Shown here piece by piece: positions 29,579 to 39,332 of a stretch of 58,994 nucleotides of DNA. The position numbers were made by a program, and so were the translations under genes. This DNA comes from an uncultured archaeon (GTDB lineage: Archaea > Asgardarchaeota > Thorarchaeia > Thorarchaeales > Thorarchaeaceae). Under the pieces are notes generated by a model, which saw nothing but the letters and a program-made list of their open reading frames with translations, was not told the DNA's origin and made no database searches. The stretch spans positions 1 to 58,994 of the forward strand of contig CAZLEV010000017.1 in assembly GCA_964558645.1 (NCBI GenBank), in the 5' to 3' direction. The number at the start of each line of letters is the position of its first letter. The first letter of the stretch is position 1.

Positions 29579-29651
29579 TAGCAACCAACTCGGGACCGTC
29601 AGAAGAAACCTAATCGAACAGAAAATAAGACTATGTAATAACCTGTCTATT

Positions 29652-30584
29652 CTACTGGTGAGCAGTCTCCTTGCTGATTGCCACACAGGTTTCTGCTAGA
29701 GAAACGGCGCTGTCACCGAAGAGATAGAGGATTGGCTCAATGCCCATTCCGCCAGGTACATGAATCGCCCACCTCTCTGCGATATCGAAATTAGAAGACA
29801 GCTTGTCTTCGACCGCGGAGGCAATTGTATCAACATCAAGGGTAGATTCATCCAGTTCGATCACTAGCAAACCGAGAACCTTTGCAGCACGTAGAACGCA
29901 ATCTTCACCACTTATACAGAAACATGCACGAACCTCAGCAGCCATGCTCTTCGCCCATAAGAGAAGGCTAGCTGTGTGTTGCGACGTACCGAAGCCAGGG
30001 GGCATAAGAGCCCTCGCTCGACCGGATATGACAGTGATTCGTCCGGGCACTCCAGCAACGTCTTCTGGAGAGGAAGCGTCTTCGCCACAGACAACAAGAT
30101 TTGCACGCACCTGTGGTACAATCCTGCTGAAATCAGAAGACGATTCAACCACCTCCAAAGCCATCTGGATCTCCTGCAATACATCAGACCGAACACGTAG
30201 GTGGGTCGCATCTCCCAAGAGCTCAGAGCATATGGAACATGAAACAGCACCTAGGCTGTCTATTTGCCGTCTATGCAGAGCGCAGATTTTGCCGCCTATT
30301 CGTGAAGTCATGCAGACAGTACAGAGCATCTTGACGAGCACATCTCGACGGTACTTCCCTTCAACAATCATCTCACTGATCGAGTCTGACAACTCCTTGA
30401 TGTCGGGGGTGACGTCCGGACGATTCTGGAGGTACTTGTGAATTGCTGCCTGTGTCACCTCAAGGTGTTCTGCAATCTCACTCTGCGAAAGACCCTCTTC
30501 GTTCAGAGAATGTGCAAGCTGGGATCTGACCTTTGGAAGGAAGTCCCGCTGTATCAGCTCACATGGAGGTCTCATCTGCTTCAC
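29652..30584 (-). CDS. thiR: ThiR-like thiamine regulator (HTH plus ThiN thiamine-phosphate-synthase-like domain)
   Basis: PPCE...LSQSEIAEHLEVTQAAIHKYL HTH; IVPQVRANL, DVAGVPGRIT, FGTSQHTA, GGMGIEPILY; divergent from a thiamine ABC transporter. Confidence 0.85.
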   Translation of the reverse strand: MKQMRPPCELIQRDFLPKVRSQLAHSLNEEGLSQSEIAEHLEVTQAAIHKYLQNRPDVTPDIKELSDSISEMIVEGKYRRDVLVKMLCTVCMTSRIGGKICALHRRQIDSLGAVSCSICSELLGDATHLRVRSDVLQEIQMALEVVESSSDFSRIVPQVRANLVVCGEDASSPEDVAGVPGRITVISGRARALMPPGFGTSQHTASLLLWAKSMAAEVRACFCISGEDCVLRAAKVLGLLVIELDESTLDVDTIASAVEDKLSSNFDIAERWAIHVPGGMGIEPILYLFGDSAVSLAETCVAISKETAHQ

Positions 30585-30653
30585 CAGTAGGGAAACTATA
30601 TATCATACCTTTGTCCATAACTCTGTTGTATAACTGACATATAAGGTGATGGG

Positions 30654-31784
30654 TTGATGTCCGAGTCGTACTACCCAAAGAGAAGGGACCCTCGCAAGAT
30701 TGTGGCGGCCATTGCAGCAGTAGTGATCATTGTTATCGCGGCCTTTGCGATTTTCACATGGCCGAAACCCAAGATTCACATCTACACGTATGATAGCTTT
30801 ATGCTGTGGGGCGATGACCCCGACAATATAGACAGTATAGTTTTTGGACCCTTTGAAGAGCGCTACGGTGTTGAGATCGAGATAACCAGATTGCATGCAG
30901 ACGCTAACGGAATAGTTGCGCGCCTAGCTGCGGAGGCAGAGAATCCCGTGGCAGATGTCGTCATAGGTATCGACAACATTCTGATCCTGCAATCATTGGC
31001 CAAACAGGTACTCACTCCATTCCAGCCGGAGAATCTCAGTCTTGTTGAGCAGCAACTCATAGATGCTCTAGACCCAGACCACTATGTCGTTCCGTTCGAC
31101 TACGGTCTTGTCACCCTCATATACAAGACAAGCAGAATAAACGAAACATCAAATCCCGAGATTGCCAACCTTACATTCGCAGATCTAGCAACTGCAAATC
31201 TTGCTTCGACACTCGTAACACAGAACCCCCATTTCAGCAGCCCAGGTCTGGCCTTTCTACTCAGCGAGATTGCAGTGCACGATAAGATTCTCGAATCAGA
31301 TTGGAAGCAGTGGTGGACTGACGTGAAACCACATCTAGAAGATTCCATCTATCAGGGATGGTCTGAGGCTTGGGCGGCATGGTATGATGATCCCTCAAAA
31401 TACTTCCTAGTGAGCTATGGCACAGACCCTGCCTATTCGGCATGGTGGACCGATTCAGAGCCTGATACAGGGGTTGCCCCATTCTACTACCAGGACAAGC
31501 ATTGGGCGTGGATGCAAGTAGAGGGAATGGGCCTCGTGAAGAATGGCCCCAACCCAGAAATGGGCAAGGCCTTCATCGAATACTGTCTATCTGAAGCAGT
31601 ACAGTCATATGTCGGCACTAACCAATGGATGTTCCCAGTCAACACGGACGTGGTGCTTGATCCGGTGTTTCAGTACGCAATACATCCAGACGAGGTGAGT
31701 ACTCTGAACTCGCTACTAGCGAGAGACGAGATTGAAGCCAACCTCACCCAATGGCTAAATGACTATGACAATGTAATGGCATAG
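30654..31784 (+). CDS. thiB: Thiamine ABC transporter substrate-binding protein
   Basis: IYTYDSF, ADVVIGIDN, PFDYG, SSPGLAFL, GWSEA, VSYGTDPAY, QVEG, NQWMFPVN. Confidence 0.9.
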   Translation: MMSESYYPKRRDPRKIVAAIAAVVIIVIAAFAIFTWPKPKIHIYTYDSFMLWGDDPDNIDSIVFGPFEERYGVEIEITRLHADANGIVARLAAEAENPVADVVIGIDNILILQSLAKQVLTPFQPENLSLVEQQLIDALDPDHYVVPFDYGLVTLIYKTSRINETSNPEIANLTFADLATANLASTLVTQNPHFSSPGLAFLLSEIAVHDKILESDWKQWWTDVKPHLEDSIYQGWSEAWAAWYDDPSKYFLVSYGTDPAYSAWWTDSEPDTGVAPFYYQDKHWAWMQVEGMGLVKNGPNPEMGKAFIEYCLSEAVQSYVGTNQWMFPVNTDVVLDPVFQYAIHPDEVSTLNSLLARDEIEANLTQWLNDYDNVMA

Positions 31785-31801
31785 ACAGCGAGGAAGAAGG
31801 A

Positions 31802-33508
31802 ATGGAGAGGAATCGAGCAGCTGAGTATGCGATAGTTGCTATTCCCCTCATCCTCCTCGCAATCTTCATACTCTATCCAGTCCTAATGGTGCTCTTCAGA
31901 GGAATCCTCTACGGACCTGGTCAAACTCCACCAGAGGTCCTTGAGTCTGCTTTAACCCAGCGAGCTATTGGATTCACGGTCATCCAAGCCCTGGTAAGCG
32001 CCCTGATCTCGTTAATTGTTGGAATCCCTGGCGCCTTCATTCTGGCAAGGCTTAGGTTCACAGGAAAGAGCTTCATCAGAGCGGCAATGATAGTACCCTT
32101 TGTACTCCCGCCAATTGTGGTGGTGGTCGGATTCTTGGGCATGTTTGGGGAATACGGAATCATTGACTTGTTCATTCAAGAACTGATTCGGCACTTGCAC
32201 ATACTTGGAGAACACGGAGTCATCGGGCTCTTCATCATGGGTCTGACTGGAATCAGGGGAACAGTCATCGCCTTGTCGTCGGGATTCACGGGAATCATCA
32301 TAGTGCACGTCTTCTATAATGCCCCCTTGGTGGTGTTGATGGTATCAGCATCGATACAACGTCTGAGACCAGAACTGGAGGAGAGCGCAGAACTGCTTGG
32401 TGCTGATCGTATCCAACGATTCAGACACATCTTTCTTCCCCACATTGCCCCAGCACTTCTTGCCTCTGCAAGCCTAGTATTCCTCTTCTGTTTCATGTCC
32501 TTTCCGATTGTCCTTGCCTTGGGAGGAGCCAGATACACCACGATTGAGGTCGAAATATGGAAATCGTTTGCATTCTTTGACTACGGACGGGCAAGCACTC
32601 TTGGGGCGATTCAGTTACTGGTCACTGTATCGGTAGCATGGGTCTATTTCTGGATAGGTAGAGCAGAGATGTCCAGGGCAGACAAGACCTCATACACCAA
32701 GACCGTCAGGTATTCGGAATTGGCCTTATCAGAGAAGATTGCCACAGCACTGTACTCTGTGGCACTGGTGATTCTAATCTCGGGGCCCATTGCTGCAATT
32801 AGTCACGCTGCAGTCTATGACCCAACCCGAAGGGAGTACACCCTTAGAGGTATCCAGAACCTGTTTGCGACGGGTCTCAGTGGAGGTCTTGTCCCTATGA
32901 CGAACTCGTTGTTCTATGCAGGTATTGCTACGCTCTGTTCGGTCGTCCTCGGCATACCGTTGGCGTATGCCCAACGGGGGCGCAGCAAGGAACTGGCCGG
33001 TTTGACTTCGTTCATGACAATGTTGCCTCTGGGAATCTCATCAATTACAATAGCTTACGGTCTAATGGTGGCAATCGCGGTTCCGCTCGGCCTGAGTACA
33101 AACCCCTGGCCGCTCATAGTTGTTGCTCAGACCATAATTGGACTGCCGTTGAGTGCACGGTCTATCGAGATCTCACTGAAGGACATCGACCAGAACGTAA
33201 TCGACCAAGCTGACTCACTCGGAGCATCAAGGTTCCAGAGGTTGTTCTTCGTGGAGCTTCCTCTACTCGCCCCTGGCATCATGGTGGGAGGTGTTTTTGC
33301 CTTCGCTATGGCAATAGGAGAGATGTCAGCTACCCTCTTCATTGCTCTACCACAGAACTTCACACTAGCTGTGGCAATATACCAGCATCTTGCCGTAAGA
33401 AGATTCGTGGAGGCGGGAGCACAGGCACTGGTGCTTGCTCTTGCTTGCTTCGCGGCGTTCTTGGCGATTGAGAGAATCTCTGGCGAGTCGGCAGGGAGGG
33501 CGCTATGA
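31802..33508 (+). CDS. thiP: Thiamine ABC transporter permease (duplicated TM domain)
   Basis: VPFVLPPIVV, HVFYNAP, two EAA loops (EESAELLGA, DQADSLGAS). Confidence 0.9.
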   Translation: MERNRAAEYAIVAIPLILLAIFILYPVLMVLFRGILYGPGQTPPEVLESALTQRAIGFTVIQALVSALISLIVGIPGAFILARLRFTGKSFIRAAMIVPFVLPPIVVVVGFLGMFGEYGIIDLFIQELIRHLHILGEHGVIGLFIMGLTGIRGTVIALSSGFTGIIIVHVFYNAPLVVLMVSASIQRLRPELEESAELLGADRIQRFRHIFLPHIAPALLASASLVFLFCFMSFPIVLALGGARYTTIEVEIWKSFAFFDYGRASTLGAIQLLVTVSVAWVYFWIGRAEMSRADKTSYTKTVRYSELALSEKIATALYSVALVILISGPIAAISHAAVYDPTRREYTLRGIQNLFATGLSGGLVPMTNSLFYAGIATLCSVVLGIPLAYAQRGRSKELAGLTSFMTMLPLGISSITIAYGLMVAIAVPLGLSTNPWPLIVVAQTIIGLPLSARSIEISLKDIDQNVIDQADSLGASRFQRLFFVELPLLAPGIMVGGVFAFAMAIGEMSATLFIALPQNFTLAVAIYQHLAVRRFVEAGAQALVLALACFAAFLAIERISGESAGRAL

Positions 33509-34566
33509 TGGTTCAGATCGAATTGGAAAGCATGCAGAGAGTCTTTCGTGACGGAACAAGAATAGGCCCAATTGACCTCACAGTCGATGACGGTGAACTG
33601 GTCACGCTCTTAGGTCCAAGCGGTTCGGGTAAGACAACAACACTCAGAATGATTTCTGGTTTCATCAAGCCGGAAACCGGCTCTCTCCGCTTTGATGGAA
33701 GAGATGTGCTGAATGTGCCGCCAAGAGAGAGAGGAATTGGTATGGTATTCCAGTCCACATCTTTGTTTCCAAACATGAATGTCTTCCAGAACATATCGTT
33801 CTCTCTGGACATGGCTAATTGGGAACGCAGGGATGTGATTGAGAGAGTAGAGGAGTTGGCCCGGCTTCTGGATATCGAGAAGCTTCTCTCCCGAAGAATA
33901 GATGAAATCAGTGGAGGCGAAGCACAGCGAGTTGCACTTGCTCGTGCACTAGCCATACGTCCGCGTCTGCTTCTCTTAGATGAACCGCTCTCAGCGCTCG
34001 ACGCACAACTCAAGGAGAGACTGCAATTTGAGGTGAAGAGAATACAACGAAGACTCGATATCACCACAATCTATGTGACACATGCCCAGTCAGAAGCATT
34101 TGCAGTATCCGACAGAATTGCAGTTCTCAATGATGGAGTCATTGTTCAACATGGCACACCGGAAGAGCTATACGATGACCCGAAGACCGAGTTTGTGGCG
34201 AGATTCGTTGGAGGAGGGAATGTATTCAAAGGCACAGTAGTTGATGTCGAGAACGGCCATGTTCAAGTAGAGATTGCAGGACATATCTTCAATCTGCGCG
34301 GTGATGCCGAGAGAGGTGAAGAGATTGTTTTCACAATCAAACCCGAGGACATAATCTGTGACCTCTCTGACAGAGGAGTGCCCGTCACAGTACTCTCAGT
34401 GGTTCCTCAGATAGGAGCATACAGAGTCATTCTCCAGTTCAACGGAATGGAGGTTGATTCGCTAACAAATGATATGAACTTCCTGCGCAGCGTCCGGTCG
34501 TCCCATGACAAGAGCGCACGTATGCGGTTCAGGAGTGGCGAAGCTGTGATTCTAGAGAGAAAATGA
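33505..34566 (+). CDS. thiQ: ABC transporter ATP-binding protein (thiamine)
   Basis: GPSGSGKTT, ISGGEAQRVALARA, LLLLDEP, VTH; overlaps thiP stop. Confidence 0.9.
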   Translation: MMVQIELESMQRVFRDGTRIGPIDLTVDDGELVTLLGPSGSGKTTTLRMISGFIKPETGSLRFDGRDVLNVPPRERGIGMVFQSTSLFPNMNVFQNISFSLDMANWERRDVIERVEELARLLDIEKLLSRRIDEISGGEAQRVALARALAIRPRLLLLDEPLSALDAQLKERLQFEVKRIQRRLDITTIYVTHAQSEAFAVSDRIAVLNDGVIVQHGTPEELYDDPKTEFVARFVGGGNVFKGTVVDVENGHVQVEIAGHIFNLRGDAERGEEIVFTIKPEDIICDLSDRGVPVTVLSVVPQIGAYRVILQFNGMEVDSLTNDMNFLRSVRSSHDKSARMRFRSGEAVILERK

Positions 34567-34693
34567 GCAGTGGTCTGTGGATTCTCATGATACGGATGGA
34601 TCCATGGCCCACAAACTTGCGACTATTTCCTCTGCCCAAATATCACATATCTAACAGACAAATACTCATATAGGCCGAGAAATGATATGCTGG

Positions 34694-34778
34694 TTGACTG
34701 AAGTGGTGGCCATTTGTGATGAGTCACCGACTCATCAAGGGGCGTTCAATGGCAGTTCCGAAGCGCCCCACAGGTCAA
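34694..34778 (+). other. Predicted multi-stem structured leader upstream of the gelsolin-domain gene
   Basis: tgatgagtc/gactcatca perfect stem (34717-34737); ggggcgttc/gaagcgcccc stem; outer ttgac/gtcaa. Confidence 0.4.
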
Positions 34779-34805
34779 TTAGCAAAGGCAGCGTCGTGAT
34801 AGATT

Positions 34806-35723
34806 ATGGTCAAAGGATACGAAGTATCTGAGGATGGGACTCTTCAGGAAGTGGAGCTTACTAAGGAGACCCTTGAGTCTGGTAGTGTTGTCTGTGTGAT
34901 CGATGACGCAACAAAGAGCATCTATCTCTGGAAAGGGACAGGAGCGGGAATTCGAAAGAAATTCATCGGTGCAAGGGTTGCCACAAACCTGCGGACAGAA
35001 TACGGGTTTCACTTCAAGGTGAGACCTCTTGATGAAGGAGAGGAGCCACCAACTTTCTTCACAGCACTCTCAGGTGAAACAGCAGCTGAGCCGGTAATCA
35101 AGCCTGGGGAAACAGCACCACCATCACCTCCCACCCCGAAGACACAGCCCACAACACCAGAGGCCCCGTCAACTACATCAGCACCACCCCCAAAGCCAAA
35201 ACCAGCCAAACCAAAGACTGCCGATGTTCCATCGAAACCACCTACCCCACCACCAACTAGAGCACCGCCCAGTTCTTCGGCTTCTAGTACATCTTCAGCC
35301 ACTGTTGCTCCCAAGGTGCCGTCTGGCGCAATAGAAGAAATGATCAAGGAACTCGAAGATAGTGAACCTCCAGAAGGATATAGAAGAGAACTACTCATCG
35401 TCTACAACGAACTGTTCACTGTGGCAGAACGAACCATAAGGCTCTTCGATCAGGTGAAGGTGGAGAGGAGGTTTGAGAAGGTGAAAGAGCCTCCTGAAGG
35501 AACGTTCATGGCAGAGGGCTTCATCCCTAGAGTTATAGTAAAAGACGGCAGAGTGCTGGGTATTGAGTTACTCAAAGGAACGCCTGACGCGATACTCAGT
35601 CCAATCAAGTCCGAGATGAAAGAACGCCTTGGCGACCTTATCAGTTTCTTCAAGTCGGAAGTTGAGCAGGGTGAGGTCCCCTCAGCCGAGACCAAGAAGA
35701 AGAAGAAACTCGTAGCCAAGTGA
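34806..35723 (+). CDS. Asgard gelsolin-domain protein, 1DGelX-like (gelsolin domain, Pro-rich linker, X domain, basic tail)
   Basis: VIDDATKSIYLWKGTGAGIRKKFIGARVA...LDEGEEPPTF gelsolin core; PPEGYRRELLIV second domain; KKKKKLVAK C-terminus. Confidence 0.85.
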   Translation: MVKGYEVSEDGTLQEVELTKETLESGSVVCVIDDATKSIYLWKGTGAGIRKKFIGARVATNLRTEYGFHFKVRPLDEGEEPPTFFTALSGETAAEPVIKPGETAPPSPPTPKTQPTTPEAPSTTSAPPPKPKPAKPKTADVPSKPPTPPPTRAPPSSSASSTSSATVAPKVPSGAIEEMIKELEDSEPPEGYRRELLIVYNELFTVAERTIRLFDQVKVERRFEKVKEPPEGTFMAEGFIPRVIVKDGRVLGIELLKGTPDAILSPIKSEMKERLGDLISFFKSEVEQGEVPSAETKKKKKLVAK

Positions 35724-35787
35724 GTCAGTCCGGCAAAGGTATTTATCATGTACTGTGGTTAGCCCATCAGTTGGAGACGAAGCAATA

Positions 35788-36177
35788 ATGTCAACCCATC
35801 TTGATCCAGCCAAGGAGAAGGAACTAGTCGAACTGCTCATGGGACTGACTGACATCACAGACCTTGATGCCATAGCAGTTGTAAGCAAACAGGGAGTTAA
35901 GTTGGCTTATTTCGCCACAGAGGAATCTGATGCCGACCCCGACCTCATGGCCGCAGTCAGTGCCGCTCTTCTCGTTCAAGGAGAAATGGCATCGGATAAA
36001 CTGTATTTGGATGAGCTCTATGAGGTTATCGTCAGGGGAAAGGATGGCTTCGTCGTCCTATCACATGCAGGCGATTTTCTGATCATGGGTTCGGCAAAGG
36101 ATCTTACGTCAATGGGACTCGCAATCACCCAGATGAGGAAGTACGCCAAAGAGATTGGTGATCTACTCGCCGCGTGA
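35788..36177 (+). CDS. Roadblock/LC7 domain protein
   Basis: AIAVVSKQG...DPDLMAAVSAALL...EVIVRGKDGFVVL...MGLA pattern. Confidence 0.9.
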   Translation: MSTHLDPAKEKELVELLMGLTDITDLDAIAVVSKQGVKLAYFATEESDADPDLMAAVSAALLVQGEMASDKLYLDELYEVIVRGKDGFVVLSHAGDFLIMGSAKDLTSMGLAITQMRKYAKEIGDLLAA

Positions 36178-36285
36178 TTCATCGGAGCCTTTGTTTCAAG
36201 ACCAGCACCGTTAGTTCTCAGATGGCGAGCTCAGTCCACAAATAACATATAGCTGTAGAGTCGCCCTAGTTTTGGGTGCCTTGCG

Positions 36286-37491
36286 GTGAAACTCGATATT
36301 ACATCACGTGCTGCAGACTTGAGATATGCTATTCGCGACATCGTCGTTGCGGCAAAGGAGTACGAGAAGAAAAGAGGGAAAACGCCCCTATACCTGAATA
36401 TCGGAGACCCGCTCAAGTACGACTGGGAGACCCCTAGATTCATGATAGACGCACTTCACGAGGCCTCATCAAAAGGGAGGAATGGATACGCTCCTTCTGA
36501 GGGCGAGGATGAGCTCCGTAATGCAGCAGCTGAAAAGGAGAAGCGTGTTAACGGCACTGATATCGACCCTGAACGGATGATCATAACTGCAGGGGTATCT
36601 GAGGCGATTCAGTTTCTGACCGGCGCGTTAATCTCGGAGGAAGCCGAATTTCTCGTACCAGGACCCGCATATCCACCGTACATCTCATACATCAGTTATT
36701 TCGGTGGGAAGCCCGTAACGTATAGAACCATAGAGGAAGAAGGCTGGATTCCTGATGTGGATGACCTGAGAGGAAAGATAAACGAGAGAACCAAGGGAAT
36801 TCTGGTCATAAACCCAAACAACCCGACAGGAGCAGTCTATGATAGAAACACCCTCAAACAGATTGCAGACATCGCAGGTGAATACGAACTCCCACTTGTA
36901 TCTGACGAGATCTATGACCAGCTCACTTTTGATATGAAACAGACGCCAATGGCGGGGGTTGTGGGGGACGTGCCCATGATAGGATTCAACGGTATAAGCA
37001 AAGTCTACCTAGCACCCGGTTGGAGAATTGGATACGTCTACTTCCAAGATGAGAACGGCGAGCTCGAACCCCTAAGAGATGCCATGGTACGCCAAGCCAG
37101 GATCAGGATCTGCACTAACACCCCCACCCAGCTTGCAGCTGCTGCTGCCCTCCGAAGCGATGGAGGCCACATCAATGGAATGCTAGAGCGTCTCAGAAAG
37201 CGACGACAGATAATTTGGGAACGTTTGAACGACATTGATGGGGTCTCAGCATCTCTCCCTCAGGCAGCGTTCTACATAATGGCAAAGGTGGAGCTGGACG
37301 GAATCTGGAGAAATGACCATGACTTCGTTCTCGACTTGCTCAATGATACGGGAGTGGTATTCGTTCCCGGTTCCGGGTTCTGTGCCGACTACGGCCGTAA
37401 TCATTTCAGAAGCGTATTCTTGCCGCCACCAGATATGATAGCTGAGGCAATGGACCGATTAGAGAGATTCATGGACAAGAAGCGAATCTAG
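36286..37491 (+). CDS. Aminotransferase class I/II (alanine aminotransferase-like)
   Basis: YAIRD, LNIGDP, INPNNPTG, SDEIY, GISKVYLAPGWRIG, VPGSGF. Confidence 0.95.
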   Translation: MKLDITSRAADLRYAIRDIVVAAKEYEKKRGKTPLYLNIGDPLKYDWETPRFMIDALHEASSKGRNGYAPSEGEDELRNAAAEKEKRVNGTDIDPERMIITAGVSEAIQFLTGALISEEAEFLVPGPAYPPYISYISYFGGKPVTYRTIEEEGWIPDVDDLRGKINERTKGILVINPNNPTGAVYDRNTLKQIADIAGEYELPLVSDEIYDQLTFDMKQTPMAGVVGDVPMIGFNGISKVYLAPGWRIGYVYFQDENGELEPLRDAMVRQARIRICTNTPTQLAAAAALRSDGGHINGMLERLRKRRQIIWERLNDIDGVSASLPQAAFYIMAKVELDGIWRNDHDFVLDLLNDTGVVFVPGSGFCADYGRNHFRSVFLPPPDMIAEAMDRLERFMDKKRI

Positions 37492-39263
37492 GAAAGCTCT
37501 TGTCTCTTACTCTCGATAACCTCACGAATCTTGCTTCGGATTGAATCGATCAATTCCTTGGCAAACTTCAGACCAGCCGGCTCGCGCAAGGAAGCAGCGG
37601 TCAGGTAGGGGTCATTGATAATCCTCTCAATCCCTTCACGTAGTACGGCGACTTCAGAGCTGACACGAGTCACTGTTGTTCGGATCTCGGTTCTTCTCGC
37701 AGCTTCAGAGGGGTCATCAGTTGTGGCGGCACTTGGAAGCCTTGAATGTAGCTGCTCAAGCTGCTCTGCAATATCTGAGGCCTTCTTATGCAGTACCTTG
37801 GTTCTTTCAACCAGCGAAGAACGGGTTTCAAGGTCAGTCTTCTGTTCATCTTTGACGCTATCGAGCTCGGTCTCGAAATCTCTTGCCAGTGTCTTCAGCC
37901 GTTCCATCAGGAGATCCTCAATTGGACCCAGGTGCTCTCTAGCGAATTTCTTCTTCTCTTCCAATCGAGCGGTTTCAATGCTCTTGATCAGGTCTTCATC
38001 TCCAATGACGGAGTCCAGGGTATTGACAAGCTCGTTCACAACTGCAATCCTCGACTTAGCCGACTGCAATTCCTGATTCTCAATGTTGGTTCTTGCTCTG
38101 CTGAGAGCTTGTGAAACGCCTTCTGCTATTCTGTCGAGAGGTTCGGCTTGGAACGAAGAAACATCAATAGAGGACTTCAACAGACTGAGCCGTGCCTCCG
38201 TGACATCGGCGTCATGGAGTAGTTTTTCCGTCATTTTGAAATCGCGTAGAATGAAGGTCGCGGGACCGGCTTGGAATGAGTATTCTGAGTTCAACATGTC
38301 TCTATAGGAACCACGCAGAACTACCTCGTATTCTCGTTCTCCACTCATGTCTTGTGACGCCTTTGCAATGAGTTCGAGATTCAGACTGTCATCGGGTCCA
38401 AGTTTCGACAGCTTGGTCGTCTTATCGCCCCTGACAAGAACTAGCTCTTCGTCTATAAACCACTCAAGAGATAGTCCGAGCGCATCACCATCACCATTGT
38501 TTGTGATGGTGCCCCGTATAGGAAACTCTTCTGTGAAAGTCATGTCCACAGGAAGATCCAGTTGCCCGACGAGTTTCGGCACCTTAAGTTTGCCTCGAAG
38601 CATCTCTCGTGCCATGTCAAGACCCTTGTCTACATACTTCGTGAAATCCTGAGCATTTGCATTTGTCAGAGCTGACTTGAGCTCGGTGACAGTAGCATTC
38701 TCGGCACTTGAGAAAGAGGAGATATCAACAGACTCGATGGCAGATTGTAACTGCTGAGGTATTTGTGTGATTCTGACAACGCCCGGATAGGTCAGCTTCG
38801 AGGCATTCTCAGCACAGAACGCTCTGGCCTTGTTGAATCCTTCAGCATCTTTTCCAATCATTAAATACATCATGCTGGCGGCAGTGGCAAGAGCTGCACC
38901 CTTACGAGTCTCTGCATCTTCTCCCCACATGAGATGCTCATCTGATGCAGCCAGAAGGTCTTCTGCAGCCCTCTCATAGGCATCCATTGCCTTTTGACTC
39001 TCTGCAAGTGTTAAGTAGACATCACCGGCAGCACACATATTGCGTGCAGCGCTCTTATAGCTCTTGGAGGATCGGAATTCTCCAGCGGCCTTCTTGTAGG
39101 TCTCAGCAGCTTGCGTATAGATCTTCTGTGCCTCTTCGATTTCTCCACGTTGTTCAGAAAGCTCAGCTGCGATCTCGTATTTCTTGCCGGCCTCCGTAAA
39201 GGATTGTCTCAAGGACTCCTTCGTCGCCTCTTCAATGATACGTCGAACGTCTTCATCAGACAT
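37488..39263 (-). CDS. SNAP-like TPR solenoid, Ig-like (CARDB-type) domain and long coiled coil; candidate arcadin-4-like
   Basis: EAGKKYEIAAE/QAAETYKKAA/KAMDAYERAAE repeats; ITNNGDGDA...RGSYRD beta domain; heptad-rich C-terminus. Confidence 0.75.
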   Translation of the reverse strand: MSDEDVRRIIEEATKESLRQSFTEAGKKYEIAAELSEQRGEIEEAQKIYTQAAETYKKAAGEFRSSKSYKSAARNMCAAGDVYLTLAESQKAMDAYERAAEDLLAASDEHLMWGEDAETRKGAALATAASMMYLMIGKDAEGFNKARAFCAENASKLTYPGVVRITQIPQQLQSAIESVDISSFSSAENATVTELKSALTNANAQDFTKYVDKGLDMAREMLRGKLKVPKLVGQLDLPVDMTFTEEFPIRGTITNNGDGDALGLSLEWFIDEELVLVRGDKTTKLSKLGPDDSLNLELIAKASQDMSGEREYEVVLRGSYRDMLNSEYSFQAGPATFILRDFKMTEKLLHDADVTEARLSLLKSSIDVSSFQAEPLDRIAEGVSQALSRARTNIENQELQSAKSRIAVVNELVNTLDSVIGDEDLIKSIETARLEEKKKFAREHLGPIEDLLMERLKTLARDFETELDSVKDEQKTDLETRSSLVERTKVLHKKASDIAEQLEQLHSRLPSAATTDDPSEAARRTEIRTTVTRVSSEVAVLREGIERIINDPYLTAASLREPAGLKFAKELIDSIRSKIREVIESKRQELS

Positions 39264-39332
39264 GATTTGTTCAGACTCCTTTCCATGTTGGCAGTATTCC
39301 TTGAGAGTGCTCTTGGAGGACCCGAATAGTCC

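Noticed and set aside
29803-30441. 212-aa plus-strand ORF
   Set aside because: Antisense shadow of thiR with no motifs
30585-30653. TPP riboswitch upstream of thiB
   Set aside because: Spacer too short and AT-rich, lacks the CUGAGA/ACCUG core
34716-34740. Hammerhead ribozyme suggested by TGATGAGTC...GAC
   Set aside because: No CUGAUGA start and no GAAA after stem II; it is a simple hairpin
35009-35398. Gly-rich minus-strand ORF resembling a structural protein
   Set aside because: Mirror of the Pro-rich gelsolin linker
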